The notes beneath the pieces are model-generated. The model ran no database searches, was not told the origin of the DNA, and saw only the letters and a list, made by a program, of their open reading frames with translations. A stretch of DNA of 64,000 bases. Origin: Mobula hypostoma. Lineage: Eukaryota. A program made the position numbers and the translations under genes. Numbering within the stretch: the stretch's first letter is position 1; every line of letters begins with the position of its first letter. The stretch is taken from contig NC_086115.1 in the NCBI RefSeq assembly GCF_963921235.1, forward strand, positions 39,804,001 through 39,868,000. The letters run 5' to 3'. Shown in pieces: positions 12,500-25,729 of the stretch.

Positions 12500-13900
12500 T
12501 TTCAAAGTCATGCTTGATACCTTTTTAGAAAACAACTCCAATGCTATACTAGGGTACATTGCACACATTCACATCAGACCAAGCACAAAACCAGTCCATT
12601 ATAAACCAAGAACAGTTTTTTATGTTGCAAAGCATTGTTGGAAAGGAACTAAATAGAGTTTGTGAAAGTCAACATGGGTGAAAGGTAACAATAATTGTGG
12701 CTTTGCCTGAGCTATGTGAAATGGTGAGGCTGTATAGAGATTACTCAGTCATTCAAAAGAATAAGCTGTAGATGATGGACATGAGGTTCTGTAGATGTTG
12801 GAAATACAGAGTAACACAAACCGGATTTCCCAGTGGCCAACCATTTTAATTCCTCTGCCTTTTCCCATTCCGACATGTCGTTCCATGGCCTCCTCTGCTG
12901 CCATGATGAGGTCACTTGCAGGTTGGAGGAGCAATATTTCGTCTGGGAGGCCTCCAACTTGATAGCATGAACATCGATTTTCCCTAACTTCTGGTAAGAT
13001 TTTGGACAGAATTCATATGGAACGTACAAGAAAGGTAAATATGCAAGCATCAGCTACCGATTCTGTTTTGACAGTGACTTCAAATCACCCATAAACAGAC
13101 ACAGCATTTGCCAAATTTCCAGGAGCAAGTCACCAAGATCTTCTTTGCAGTCATGATAACGCCCCACTGGATCTTTTCAGTGATTATGCCAGAATCAAAG
13201 TCAGGTTTAATATCACCAGCATATGTTGTAAAATTGTTTTGTAAATTAGGGAGTACCAACTTGGAAAAAGTGAGTACAAATTTAATGCTGCTGATTGGTA
13301 ATTACTCAAAATGGATTGCTGCGCATCACCATGTTCACGTACAGCTACTGAATAAGCAACAGATGAGTTGAGGTCAGTAGGTATATGCCATGGTTTACTA
13401 AAAGAGCTTATTTCTAGTTACAGCAATCTTCGCAAACTTTATGCATGGAATGGTGTTAAACAAAATTATGAGTCTTCATCCTTATCATCCAGCTTCAAAC
13501 AAAGCAGCTGAGAGGTCAGTCAGGATAGTTAATGAACCTCTCTAGAGGCAAAAGTTTTCAAAACTAATAGAAAACATTGTTTGGTTTATTTTATGCTGAA
13601 GTATAGAAATACCTCAAATTATCACAAGTTACACATGCAGAAATCTTAATAAACAGAAAATTGGGACACTATTTGAGCTTTCTTCAGCCACATTTGACCT
13701 TTAGAGTTGAACAGAGCATCTGAGTTACAATTACACTAATCAGAAAGAGTATAATTTCAAGTGTAAGAGCATGTTTGCATTTTCAACCCGCCAACATATT
13801 GAGCTCACACAAGCAGAAGGTAGGAACAAAGTGAGGCCTTGCAGATCTGAGACATATTTAGTCAAGTCGGTTTATGCAGATCTCCTTCTCTGTGCTGGAG
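12500..13900 (+). pseudogene. Decayed Gypsy/Ty3 LTR-retrotransposon pol (RT N-terminus and integrase core)
   Basis: Manual translation: 'GYIAHIHIRPSTKPVHYKPRTVFY', '..KELNR', 'IIVALPELCEMVRLYRDYSVI' (cf. PIVVVPK..VRLCGDYKVT), 'LLIGNYSKWI' and 'PYHPASNKAAERSVRIV' (13480-13530; cf. integrase YHPxSNGxAER). Many stops and frameshifts. Confidence 0.8.
12820..12997 (+). mobile_element. Penelope-like GIY-YIG C-terminal fragment inside the Gypsy relic
   Basis: Collinear with 29250-29430 ('cccagtggcca..cattttaattcc..cccattc.gacatgtc..ggttggaggagcaa..catgaacatcga'). Confidence 0.9.
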
Positions 13901-15302
13901 ACTTAGTCACCAAGTGTACCTGAGTTAGATCCAACGCAGTCAGCAGTCATGTGTCAAATCCTAGCAAGTCTGAGAAAGAAATACAACCATTTTGGAATTA
14001 AAATCCAAAATCAATCAGTTCAATAGTTGATTCAACATTGAGGAGATCTGGGAATCAATTACTGAACTAGGTAATAAAGGCTGCTTTTTGAAAACGGGAG
14101 AAGAGTGGTGCTTCTTGAAGCATGACGTTGATGTTCTCTCAGTTCATCATCCAGATTTAGTTCATTCCAGCAGAGAACATTTGATCTGCACAAACATTTT
14201 GGATTTTTTCACCAGTTAGTTCTTGGAACTGAAAGCCGACATTATGATGGCATGCTGAGTTCCTCGCTTTGTAATAATGTAGTATTGTCACATCATCAGT
14301 CTCCACCAATAGATTAAAAATCTCAACATGCAAGTCATTTAAGCATGCTGTCTTGCAAACAAAAAGAATTACTCCATTTGTATTTTTGTGCTGTATTTCG
14401 ATGAATTCACGGAAACATTAAAAGCAGCATCTGCAGTCACGCAAAGGTCTTCAGCACTGCACTCTTGGGAAGGACATTGATCCCTCAAGCTTCTGTCAGA
14501 CCAGGCCTACATCCATGGCTTCACAGCTGGCAGACGGAAGCTGCAAAGTGCTCAACTGTTATACAAATACAATTAAAATTTAAATACAACACGTTGTTTG
14601 TTACATGACAACCCATGTTTTGTGACAGAATTTTGCTTCTGGATACAGTGATATTCCCCAGAAGCGGTTTGGAACAAAAATTCAGTTTTCGACATTTCCA
14701 TACCTCAGGTTCTCGGCCTTGTGAGTTCTAATCCTCTTTAATAAAACCTTGTTCCTTCGACATAGTGAAAAATGAGTTGTTGCCAATAAAATGCAATCGA
14801 CTATCTTGGGATTCTTCTCTACAGCAAAGTCATTTCAAAATTCCAGTTTTTCTGGGAGGATACAAAGTTTCCACTGTCTCTACCACACAGCAGTGAGCCA
14901 TGCAATCCAGCTCAGCTGGGTGCCAAAGTTATGATTGTATTGTTCTTCTTTCTAAATGATTCTGACATTCAGATGCCCTCAAAATATTTTAAACTATTAA
15001 AAATTAGTCAAGCTTTCAATGGAATTTCACAAATCAATTAAAAAAGGGAATACATGATAAACTTGCTAAACACTTAAAATAAAACAAATTAAAAATTAAA
15101 ACATTAAAAAATCTAAAAATATTAGCTTTAATTCTCCATAACGGTTTCACTGTTCTCCTCCATTGAAACATAAATTGTTTGAGACAAAATGCATTCAGTG
15201 GCAAAAATACAGTTGGGAGGCTGCTGACAGACAATTACCAGAAAAGTTGTGGTTAAATTGATAGAAGGAAAGGGGAGGATAGCAGAATTATAACCTATAT
15301 CC

Positions 15303-15478
15303 TAAACACAAGAGATTCTGAAGATGCTGGAAATCATGAGCAACACACACAGTGCTGTAAAAACTCAGCAGGTCTATGGGGGGAATAACCAGTCGACCTT
15401 TTGGGCTGAGGCCCTCCATTAGGACTCTGTGACATGTCCTCATAAAGGGTCTTGGCCTGAAACACCAATAGCTTGTGA
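15303..15478. mobile_element. Decayed PLE terminal repeat with short fold-back (two opposed degenerate hammerhead motifs)
   Basis: PLE end 'aaacacaagagattctgaagatgctggaaat' (minus strand), then 'gggctgaggccctccattaggac' facing 'gtcctcataaagggtcttggcctgaaac' across a ~10-nt spacer. Confidence 0.75.
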
Positions 15479-15479
15479 A

Positions 15480-16275
15480 TGATACAAAAGTTGACGCTAT
15501 GCATAGTGAGGGAGGCTACAGCAGGGAACCTCACGATTTGTGGATTGTTGCATGGAAGAAGTTAGATAAGAAGGTGAAGAAAACCTTGCCTTCATAGCTT
15601 GAGGTATAGAAGATAAATGTTGAGAAGCTGTGTTGCAACTTCAAAACTTGAAGTTCAGACTTGAAATATTGTACAGTACAGTTCAGGTTCCTATGTTATA
15701 GGAAGGGTATGGCTGTGATGCAGAGTGCAGGAGAGACTAACCAGGAATTTGCCTGGATTAGGGGATTTTACTTTCTGGATAGGTGGGATTTCTTTTCTCT
15801 GAAATATGAGTTGGATGATCAGCCATGATCATAATAAATGGCGGTGCAGGCTCGAAGGGCCGAATGGCCTACTCTTGCACCTATTTTCTATGTTTCTATG
15901 TTTCTATGAGGCTGAGGGGTTGCTTATTAGAAGTACAGTATATAAATAAAGGCATAAACAGGGTGGATAATCAGAAGCTATTTTTCTGTGGTCGGGGCCA
16001 GGAGCGCATGGATTTAATGTTAGAGGATGTCGTTTTTAAATGGAATTCAACAAGAACGTTTCCTTTCACACTGTGGTTGATATTTAGAATTTGCTTACAG
16101 AGAAAGTGGTGAAACCAAATGCAATAATTATGTTTAAGAGACATTTGGACAGGCACTTGAATAGGCAAGACACAGAAGGATGAGAATCTAATGTAGGCAA
16201 ATGGGATTACTGTAAATGGGCAAAGTGGTTGGCATGGAGATGGTGGGCCGAAGGCCTGTTTCTGTGACTCTCTGT
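15480..16275 (+). mobile_element. CR1 LINE 3' fragment with a nested ~100-bp CR1 tail (~15810-15908)
   Basis: Decayed ORF2 C-terminus ('cttgaaatattgtacagt'), terminal 'gggccgaaggcctgtttctgtg'; the nested tail ends in (ttctatgt)n. Confidence 0.8.
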
Positions 16276-16412
16276 GAAAAAGCAATCCTCCCCTCCAACT
16301 CTACACCCTCTGCTTGAGCCCCATTTTTATTTATACTTGAGTATCCATTCAGGTCTCCCATCCACTTCATTCCTAAACAAATATTCTTAACTACTTAAAT
16401 GCACTGCATTCA

Positions 16413-16510
16413 TTGGATGATCACATTCCACTATACTCTTCACGTGGCTTGTCTTCATTCCTTGGATGATCACATTCCACTATACTCTTCATGTGGCTTG
16501 TCTTCATTCC
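16413..16510. repeat. 49-bp x2 tandem duplication
   Basis: ttggatgatcacattccactatactcttca(c/t)gtggcttgtcttcattcc repeated head-to-tail with one mismatch. Confidence 0.95.
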
Positions 16511-16819
16511 AAGAAGATGCAGATCACAAAGGGTAAATCACTATTATCTCCGCTGTTTCCAGGTATTAGTAATTTCACCTGAGGCTCGTGGTTTAACCTG
16601 ACTTCCCATCTACAGCACAGAAATCTAGGTTAACATTTCAGTGGCATTCTGAGGGAGTTCTGCACCCCGCAGCTGTCTTTAGATGAGGTGATTCCAAAAA
16701 AACGTATGGCCTCAAATATAGACAATTCATCAGTCTTGATCTCCCAGTGATCCATGGATTTTAGAATGGACCACAATGGGTCAGAAGGGAGCAAAGTTAA
16801 ACCTGTTGTTGGAAAAAAA

Positions 16820-17080
16820 AAGCAACACACATAAAAGTTGCTGATGAACGCAGCAGGCCAGGCAGCATCCATATGAAGAAGCACAGTTGACGTTTCGGGC
16901 TGAGACCCATCGTCAGGACTAACTGAAAGAAGAGATAATAAGAGACACTTTCAAACCTCTTACTATCTCTTCTTTCAGTTAGTCCTGACGAAGGGTCTCG
17001 GCTCAAAACGTTGACTGTGCTTCTTCCTATGGATGCTGTCTGGCCTGCTGCGTTCCACCAGCATTTTGTGTATGTTGCTT
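16820..17080. mobile_element. ~260-bp non-coding fold-back of the PLE terminal repeat with two opposed hammerhead motifs
   Basis: ~125-bp inverted arms (16820-16944 / 16957-17080) around a 12-nt loop; arms homologous to the ends of the 26863-29861 element. Confidence 0.92.
16884..16920 (-). ncRNA. Minimal type-I hammerhead ribozyme motif (core intact)
   Basis: Minus strand reads agtc-CUGACGA-ugggucucagccc-GAAA-cg-UC-aacug. Confidence 0.75.
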
Positions 17081-17389
17081 GAGAGAAAATGTGATATTTT
17101 TGAGGAAAATGAATGAATATGAAAACAAGGGGAAATAGATGTGAAGCTTAAGTGGTGAAATTTGAATCTACCAGTGTTGCAAATCTGAAATAGAGTCAGA
17201 AAATACTAGAGTGACTCAGAAGTTCGGACAGCATCAGTGATGAAACCAATGGGGTTAAATTTTCAGGTTATTGATTAAGGGCCATTGACCTGATTCATAA
17301 ACTCATCTGAAATTTTAACCCACATCTCTCTCCACAAATTCTGCCTGACCTGCTAAGGAACTGGAGATTGTTGCTACCCAGAGAATATC

Positions 17390-17985
17390 TTGGTAAGTAC
17401 TCACTGAAAAATAATGTGCAGTTACAGAAGAATGTGGAAAGGAAAAGACTGTGTTAATCTTACTTCAAAGAAACTGGAACAGAACAGTAAACAGATCTTG
17501 CTGTAAGTATAAATGGGCTTAGTGAAAGCATATTGCAAAGTGTGCAGATTTGGCATCCTTGTCCAAAGAAGCCTGTACTTGCCAAGGGATGAGTAGGACT
17601 AACCAATCAGAAGAGATTGAATGACGAAGTTTACAAAAATGAGAAGTGTTCTCATCTAAGCATTAAATCCTGAATCTAGCCAGGTTAGATAGTGAGGTGT
17701 TGCTTTCTCTCAATGGGAATTCTAAATTTCTGTTAAAAGAAAAGGTGTTAGGTAAAAGGTCTGTGATGAGGCTGAGTTTCTTTACTCAGAGGAGTACGAA
17801 TCTTTGGAATTATATGCAAGGCTAATTATTCATGTCAAGGTTGATTTATTTGTGGATACTAAAGGAATGAAAGGAAATGGAAATGATGGAGAAAAATGAA
17901 ATTGATTTAAAAGATCAGTCATCTTCTTACAGAACGGTGGAGTGGGCTCCAAATACAAAGGCAGTTGCTGCTCTCATTTCTCAAA
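17390..17985 (+). mobile_element. CR1 LINE 3' fragment, old
   Basis: Degenerate 'tttctttactcagaggagtacgaatctttggaatt..gatcagtcatc..gctgctctcatttct' CR1 3' pattern. Confidence 0.7.
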
Positions 17986-20769
17986 ACATTTGGACTGACA
18001 TTGCTTCAGCTCTTTCAGAAAACGTATGGACCCATTGATCATATGAAACCACTAAGTTGCTATTCTACCTGCTGAGTGACAAACAGGTCAAAAATGACAA
18101 CCCATTTCTCTCATGCCATGATCTTTAAGTGAAACTGGGAAGTCTGCAGAAATGAATCCAGATTTTATTTTCATTTATTGTATGTGGATATCACAGGCAA
18201 GACCAGCATTTACTTCCTATCCAAAATTGCCCCTATGAACTGCTGAGCCAATTCAGAGGGCAATTAAAATTCAAGTGCAACAGTGGATCTGAAATTATAT
18301 AAAAGCTAGACCAAACAAGGCCAGCAGAATCCCTTCCTGAAAAATATGCCTTTAAGATAACCCAGTAGATTATTCAAAAAATCTTAATTAACTGAATTTA
18401 GGTTCCCCAGTGCTGGGGTTTGAACCTTCTCCACGACATCAGCAGCACGGGTCTCTGGTATAATCTGGTAATTTACCACTGTACTATTATGCATAATGTC
18501 AATTGTCCCAGTATTAGCTCCCCACATCCATCCACACTCTGCAAGTTCTGCAGTTAAATTCAGCCCATATTTCATAAGATAGGTTTTATATCAAATGATG
18601 ATTTTAAAGGAATTAGTACAGGTGTTCAAATGCTGGTAAAGGAAAAATAATAAACAGTGTTTCTGTGGAGTCTATTCTTGACTACCAAGGCATTAACAAA
18701 TTAATCGGTTTCAGAAACACAAGATTACACAAAGTACCAGGGTATCAATGAGCAACCAGTATCTTAAAAATAACTACATCTCCCATAAGGTTCCCACACA
18801 TAGACACCAGTGTTTGAATAACTGTTGTCACCTGACAAAACTCCTCCCAGTGCATAATGTGAAGCTGAGCCTATGCTCGTGGTTCCTCTGCCAGGGTTTT
18901 ATTAGCTTGCTGTTCATGAAGTGACGAGCATTCCACCTCAGGAGCAGCCGAGGAAATGTAAACTGCACTGAGCTTAGAAAGCTTTGCAGCTTAACCGAGT
19001 TCTACTTTAACAGCTATCTTTTGCTGGATCACTGTATGGTCACTGGAAATGATTAATTGATAATGAAGTGGTTGATGTTGATGCATTTATTTGGAACGGA
19101 CTGTGCCATAAGCTGCTGCTTGCAGTGAAAGTGAATGATATTAAAGCTAAGGAGAGCACTACATCTGAATCCTTTCTGCATTTGGGAGATGCTGAAGGAC
19201 CAATCACATCACACCTAATTGCTCACTTCAAGGTAAAAACAGAAAAAAAAACTATGTTATGTCTTGTGACTAAGAGTACAAATTACTGGAATAGAGTTTA
19301 AAATGCAGCTAATTACTGAAAATAAACAACCATGTTTTCATTTAATCTATTTTTGTCTTTTGTCAGTTGTATTATAGTATATCATTAGTATTAGAATTCT
19401 AAATTCATATGCATATATTGATAAACAGCTTAAATCCATGCTTAATAGGAACAGTGCCTACCTTGATGTGTTAGATTGTAAAAATTAAATTTAACATTAA
19501 GTAACTTGAGGTAAATGTTAGCAGTTGAAGATTTCAATCTAGGTGTTTTTGCTGTACAGTTATTTATTAGTGTCAGACAGAATTCCACAACTAGCTTTTA
19601 AACTGCACTCCATATCATAAATACTAGTGATATTATAAATTACTTAGTCGTGATCAGCTTTGTAATTTGATGTAATTACAGTAAAGATAGCAGAATCTTG
19701 AGAGAAAACTAAGTATATGTTGCCTGAGGGAAATTAACTATAAATATTTTACATTTACAAGTATAAGATTTGAACATGTCTTTTAATCAACTTTGCCCAT
19801 CAAAATTGGATTATTCGTAGGATATTATTCTATAATTCTTGGAAGATTAGTTGCATGCACTGAAGAGGTGCTATATGCTCACATAAAATTGCATCAGAGA
19901 GAGAAACAACTAGTTTCTTTTATATATCGACTTGTGGGTTGAAATGTATATAGGACACAAAGATACTGAAACATATACTGTACTTCGCCAGAATATAACT
20001 AGCTGCTACTTTCTGACCAGAAACCAGTCTTTGAGATTGTGTGAATTGGATCATTTGCCCTTGTTTCCATATGTAGTTTTCTTTGACTGAATGCTTGTGA
20101 AGTTGAAAGAACCAAAATTTGACATGTGCAGTGGAGAATGAATTAAGTGAAAGAAAGCCCATTATTTTCATACTCCACTGCTCTGACGGAATCGCTTCAA
20201 CTTTCTATGATAAATGATGCAAAATTAAAGTTAAATATCATGATTAAATCTAATAAGCTATCTAAGCAGGTGCTGGAAACAGACTGTGACCTGATTAATG
20301 CCCTGTGAGATAATTTATTCGGTCAGCGACCTCATGGAAGTTTAACTGAACATATTTGGCCCATAGCCACTGCTCAGTCATGCCATTACCAAGTCTGGTC
20401 AGCACAGCCAGAACTCAAAAAATCTTTTGTTATATTGTTTTAAGTAAAGGAATATTTAATTTATGAGACAATGCAAATAGGCAGCAAGTCCTAAAACAGG
20501 ACGAAGAAAGAAGTTTTATTTTAGTCCTGTGAGGAATGTCACAGGATTGAAGTTAATTCAGTCGCAAAACTTCGGCATGGCATGGAACACTTCACTGATG
20601 TAAGCTTTGATTTAATTTGTCATCTTTTGATTTTTGTTTTAAGTTGGCAATGTTTTAAGTCAACAATTTATAATGAAAATGAAAACAGGATTCTCTAAAC
20701 TTTATAAATTTAATTCCATGTAACACTAAGCATTTTTATTGCATATTGGTAACATAACTCCTTGTGAAG

Positions 20770-21980
20770 AGAGGATTCAAGGGGTGTAGACAGATTAAAT
20801 GAATGGATAAAAACATGCCAGACATGACATGAAGTGGAAATGAATGAGATGTTCAGCTTTGGCAGGAAAACAGAAAGACAGGATTTGTTTCAAAAAGCGT
20901 GGGATTGAAAAATGGTGACGTTCAGCGGGATCTTAGTGTCCTTGCACACGCACCATGAAGCTGATATTCAAATGCAGCAAGCAATTAGAAACACACACAA
21001 AATGATGGAGAAACTCGGCAGGAGAGGCAGCATCTGTGGAAATGATTGAACAGTTGCCGTTTTGGGCCGAAACCCTTCTTCAGGACTGAAAGGAAGGGGG
21101 AGGATGCCAGAATAGAAAAGGTGGAGGGAGAAGACGGAGGACAGCTAGAAGATGAGAGGTAAAGTCAGATGGGTAGGAAAAGTAAAGGTCTGGAGAGAAA
21201 GAAATCTGATAGTATGAGAAGAGTGGACCATAGGAGAAAGGAAAGGAGGAGGGGACTCAGGGGGAGGTAATAAGCAGGTGAGAAGAAGTAAGATGCCAGA
21301 GTAGGGAATAGAAGGAGAGTGGGGTGATTTTTTACCAGAAGGAGAAATCAATTAGGAAGGCAAATGGTATGTTAGTATTTATTTTCAAGAGAATTTGAAT
21401 ATAAAGTTAAAGACTCCTTGTTGTAATTACATAGACTCCTGTGGAACCGCACTGTTTTTCATCTCCTTATTTAAGAAAGGATATTCATGCAATAGGAGTG
21501 CAGCAAAGATTCACCAGACTGAGACCAGTGCATGAGAGATGGTACCACAAGTAGAGATTAAGCAGACTTTCCTGACTCCCTAAGTACTGGAGTTTAAAAG
21601 GAAAGAGACAATCTCATTGAAGCATTCAGAATCCTTACTGGTCTCTAAAGGGTAACTGCAGGGATGATGTTTTTCCCCTGCCTGGGGTGTCTAGAAACAA
21701 AGACAACTCTCTCAAAATAAAAGTTATTCAGTACTGAGATGAGAAAAAAAACTTGATTCACCCAAAGGATAGTGAATACTTGGAATTCCCCAATCATATT
21801 CTCTGTGGAGGCTCCATCACACCATACTGTATATTCATAATATTAAAGGAGTCAAGAGATACATGGTTAGTACAAAATATGATGTCAAGGTAAAAGATCA
21901 GATATGGTTTCATTGAATGGTGGAGTAGGCAGAAGGAACTGAATGACTATTCCTGCTCCTATTTCTAATATCCTCATGTT
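20770..21980 (+). mobile_element. CR1 LINE 3' fragment interrupted by a PLE
   Basis: 'cagcgggatcttagtgtccttg' (QRDLSVL), 'aggcaaatggtatgttagtatttatt', 3' UTR 'gaatgactattcctgctcctatttct'. Confidence 0.85.
20991..21348 (-). mobile_element. PLE terminal repeat (pseudo-LTR) with degenerate hammerhead (21051-21088)
   Basis: Same layout as the PLE arms; probable TSD caattag(a/g)a at 20982-20990 / 21349-21357. Confidence 0.85.
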
Positions 21981-22364
21981 CTTACTAAATGAATATTTTT
22001 GTGCTGAAGTCAGCAAGAGCAAAATATCTCTATCTATATCCCAATCATTTGTACTTAAAAGTTTTAGTAAGTTTTTATTCGACTCTGGATTATGTGCTAT
22101 TTTACTTCCAAGCTTCATTTAATCTGATCCTGTACCAGTTTCACATCATCTTCCAAGTTTTCCAATGATACCAAGCAGAAGTTAAGTTGGACTTCAGACA
22201 TAAACCAAGAATCCGTAAAGCAGTAATTGATAATATTTAACTTAGATTGCAAGTCAAGCAAAAATAATTGTGATATTCATACTGCCTGAATGGAGCGGAA
22301 TTATTTATTTATTTATTGAGATACAGCGCTCCAAGGCTGAGACCGAATACAGTCAAACATTGTT

Positions 22365-23315
22365 ACACAAGAGATTCTGCAGATGCTGGAAATATTGAGC
22401 AACATACAGACACACAAGAGGAACTCAACAAGTCAGGCAGCATCTATGGAGGGAAATAAACAGTCATGGATTTGGGCTGAGACCCTTCATCAGGGCTGGA
22501 AAGGAAGGCGGCAGAAGCCAGAATAAGAAGCTGGGGGAGAAGAAAGAGTGCAGACTGGCAGATGATATGTGAGACCAAGTTGGTGGGGGGGGTGTGGGAA
22601 GGAGGTGGGTGGGTGGAAGGGGAGGTTGAAGTAAGAAACTGGGAGGGGATAGCTGGAAGAAGTAAATAGCTGAAAAAGAAGGAATCTAGTGGAAAAGGAC
22701 AGTAGACCAGGAGAGAAAGGGAAGGAGGAGGAGAAACAGGGAAGTGATGGGCAGATGAGAAGGGAAATAGTGAGAGGGTATCTGGAATGGGAAATGGAAA
22801 CAGAGTGAAGGATTGGGGGGGGAGAGAAATTACCTGAAGTTAGGGAAATTGAGTTCATGCCAGCAGGATAGAGCTTCCAAGGTGAAATGGGAGGTGTTTC
22901 TCCTCCAACCTGAATGTATCCCCATCGTAGCAGTAGAGTAGGTCATGGGAAGACCTGTCAGAATGGGAATGGGAGGTCAAATTGAAATGGATTGCCGCTG
23001 GGAGATTCTGCCTTCTGCAGCAAACAGAGCAAAGATACTCAACAAAGCAACCCCTCAGTCTACGTCAGGTATCACCGACATAGAGGAGGCTGCACCAGGA
23101 GTAGCAGATGCAACAGATGACCGCAACAGACTCGCAGGTGAAGTGTTGCCTCACCTGCAAGGACTGTTTTGGGCCCTGAATGTTGATAAGGGGGCATATG
23201 CAGCATTTGTCCCACTTGCAGGGAGGAGTGCCAGGAAGGACATTAGTGGGGAAAGGTAAGTGGACAAATGGGTTACATAGTAAATGATCACTTTCGACAG
23301 TGGACAGGGGTGGAG
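22365..23315 (-). mobile_element. 5'-truncated PLE (GIY-YIG plus pseudo-LTR), decayed
   Basis: Collinear with 26863-27780 (e.g. 'ctcgcaggtgaagtgttgcctcacctgcaaggactgttttgggccctgaat'); degenerate hammerhead at 22461-22498. Confidence 0.9.
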
Positions 23316-25458
23316 GGAAAGATATGCTTAGAGGTTAGTTGCTTTGATATTTACTGATATAAAGCAGCAATTTATAAAATTAGCTGAATGGGTCACCTTA
23401 ATGTTAAAGATATAAGACCATCAGACATAGGAGCAGAATTAGGCCATTTGGCCCATGGAGTCTGCTCTGCCAGTCAATCATATCTGATTCTTTTTACCCC
23501 TCCTCAGCCCCACTCCCCAATATTCTCCCCATAACCTTTGATGTGGTGTCCAATCAAGAATCTATCAAGCTCTGCCTTAAATACACCCAATGATCTGGCC
23601 TCCACAGCTGTCTGTGGTAATTAATTCCACAATTTCACCACCCTCTGGTTAAAGAAATTTCACTGCATCTCTGTTTTAAATGGACGCCCCTCTACCCTGA
23701 GGTTGTACCCTCTTGTCCTAGACTCCCCCACCATGGGAAATATCCTTTCCACATTTACTCTGTCTAGGCCTTTCAACATTTGAAAGGTTTCAATGTGATC
23801 CTCCCCTCATCATTCTAAATTCCAGTGAGTTCAGATCCAGAGCTATCAAACATTCCTTATAAGAAAATCCTTTCATTCCTGGCATCATCTTTATGAACCT
23901 CCTCTGAACCCTCTCTAATGCCAGCACATCTTTTCTTAGATGAGGAGACCAAAACCATTCACAGTACTCAAGGTGAGGACTCACCAGTGCCTTTTAAAGC
24001 CTCAGCATCAGATCCCTGTCTTGTATTCTAGACTCTTGAAATGAATGCTAACATGTTATTTGCCTCCCTAAGCACTTGCAAGCTAACCTTTAGGTTGTTC
24101 TGCACAAGGACTCCCAAGTCCCTTTGCATCTCAGGTTTTTGGATTTTCTCCCCGTTTAGAAAATAGTCTGAACATTTATTTCTACTACCAAAGTGCATGA
24201 CCATGCATTTTCCAACATTGTATTTCATTTGCTATTTTCTTGCCCATTCTCCTCATCCATCTAGGTCCTTCTGCAGCCTTTCTGTTTCCTCAACATGACC
24301 TGCCTCTCCACCAATCTTCATATCATCTGCAAACTTGGCAACAAAGCCATTTTTCCATCATCCAAATCATTGATATACAGCATAAAAAGAAGTGTTCCCA
24401 GCACCGACCCCTGCAGAACACCAGTAGTCACTGGCAGTCAACCAGAAAAGAATCCTTTTATTCCCACTCACTGCCTCATACCAATCAGCCAATGCTCTAA
24501 CCATGCTAATTTTCCTGTAATGCCATAGGCTCTTAACTTGGTAAGCAATCTCATGCGTGGCACCTTGTCAAAGGCTTTCTGAAAGTCCAGATATACAACA
24601 TCTACTGCATCCCCTTTATCTGTCATACTTGTAATCTTCTCAAAGAATTCCAACAGGTTCATCAGGCAAGATTTTCTTCTCACTTTGTCCTATCCTGCCC
24701 TGTGTCACCAAGTACACCATAACCTCATCCTCAGCAATTGACTCCAACATCTTCCCAATCACTGAGGTCAGACTAACTGGTCTATAATTTCCTATTCTGC
24801 TGCCTTCTTCCTTTCTTAAAGAGTGGAGTGACATTTGCAATTTTTGAAAGATCATTACTAATGCAACCACAATTCCTACCGCGACCCTTTTCAGAATCCT
24901 AAGGTGCAGTTCATCTGGCCCAGGTGTCCCTTAGGTCTTCCAGCTTTTTCAGCACCTTCTCCCTTGTAATTGTAACTGTACTCATTTTTCTTCCCTTGCA
25001 TCTTTCAATATCTGACACACGGCTAGTGTCTTCCACAGTGAAGACTGATGCAAAATATCATTTAGTTCATCTGCCATCTCCTTGGCCACAGTTATTATTT
25101 CTCCAGTTTCATTCTCTAGCGGTCCTATATCCACTCTCATCTCTCTTTTATTTTTTACATACTTGAAAAAGCTTTTCTGATCCACTTTGATATTATTTGC
25201 TAGTTTGCTTTCATATTTCATCTTCTCCATCCTAATGATTCTTTTAGTTGCTCTCAGTAGGGTTTTAAAATCTTCCCAATCCTTTGTCTTCCCACTAATT
25301 TTTACTTTGCTGTATGCCCTCTCTTTTGCTTATACATTAGCTTTGACTTCCCTTATCTGCCATGTTTGTACAACTTTGCCATTTGAGTATTTCTTTGTTT
25401 CTGGAATACATCTATCCTGCACCTTCCCCATTTTTCCTAGAAACTCATGCCATTGCTG

Positions 25459-25729
25459 TGTGTGGCACATGGCCAAGTGGTTAGGGCATTCGACTAGCAA
25501 TCTGAAGGTCAAGGCAGCGTGTGTGTCCTTGAGCAAGGCACTTAACCACACAATGCCCCAGTCTACCCAGCTGAGAATGGGTACCGGCAAAAATGCTGGG
25601 GGTTAACCTTGTGATAGACTGCCCCCCCCACCCCCGGGGGGAGTCTCGTACTCTTGGTCGACTCACGCCACAGAAACCGGCATAAGCACTGGCCTGATGG
25701 GCCACAAGGCTTGTGACAGACTTTAATCG
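25459..25729 (+). mobile_element. tRNA-head SINE with Meta-domain-like 3' part, 11-bp TSD
   Basis: A-box TGGCCAAGTGG 25470-25480; central 'tgtccttgagcaaggcacttaacc'; TSD tgccattgctg at 25448-25458 and 25730-25740. Confidence 0.9.
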
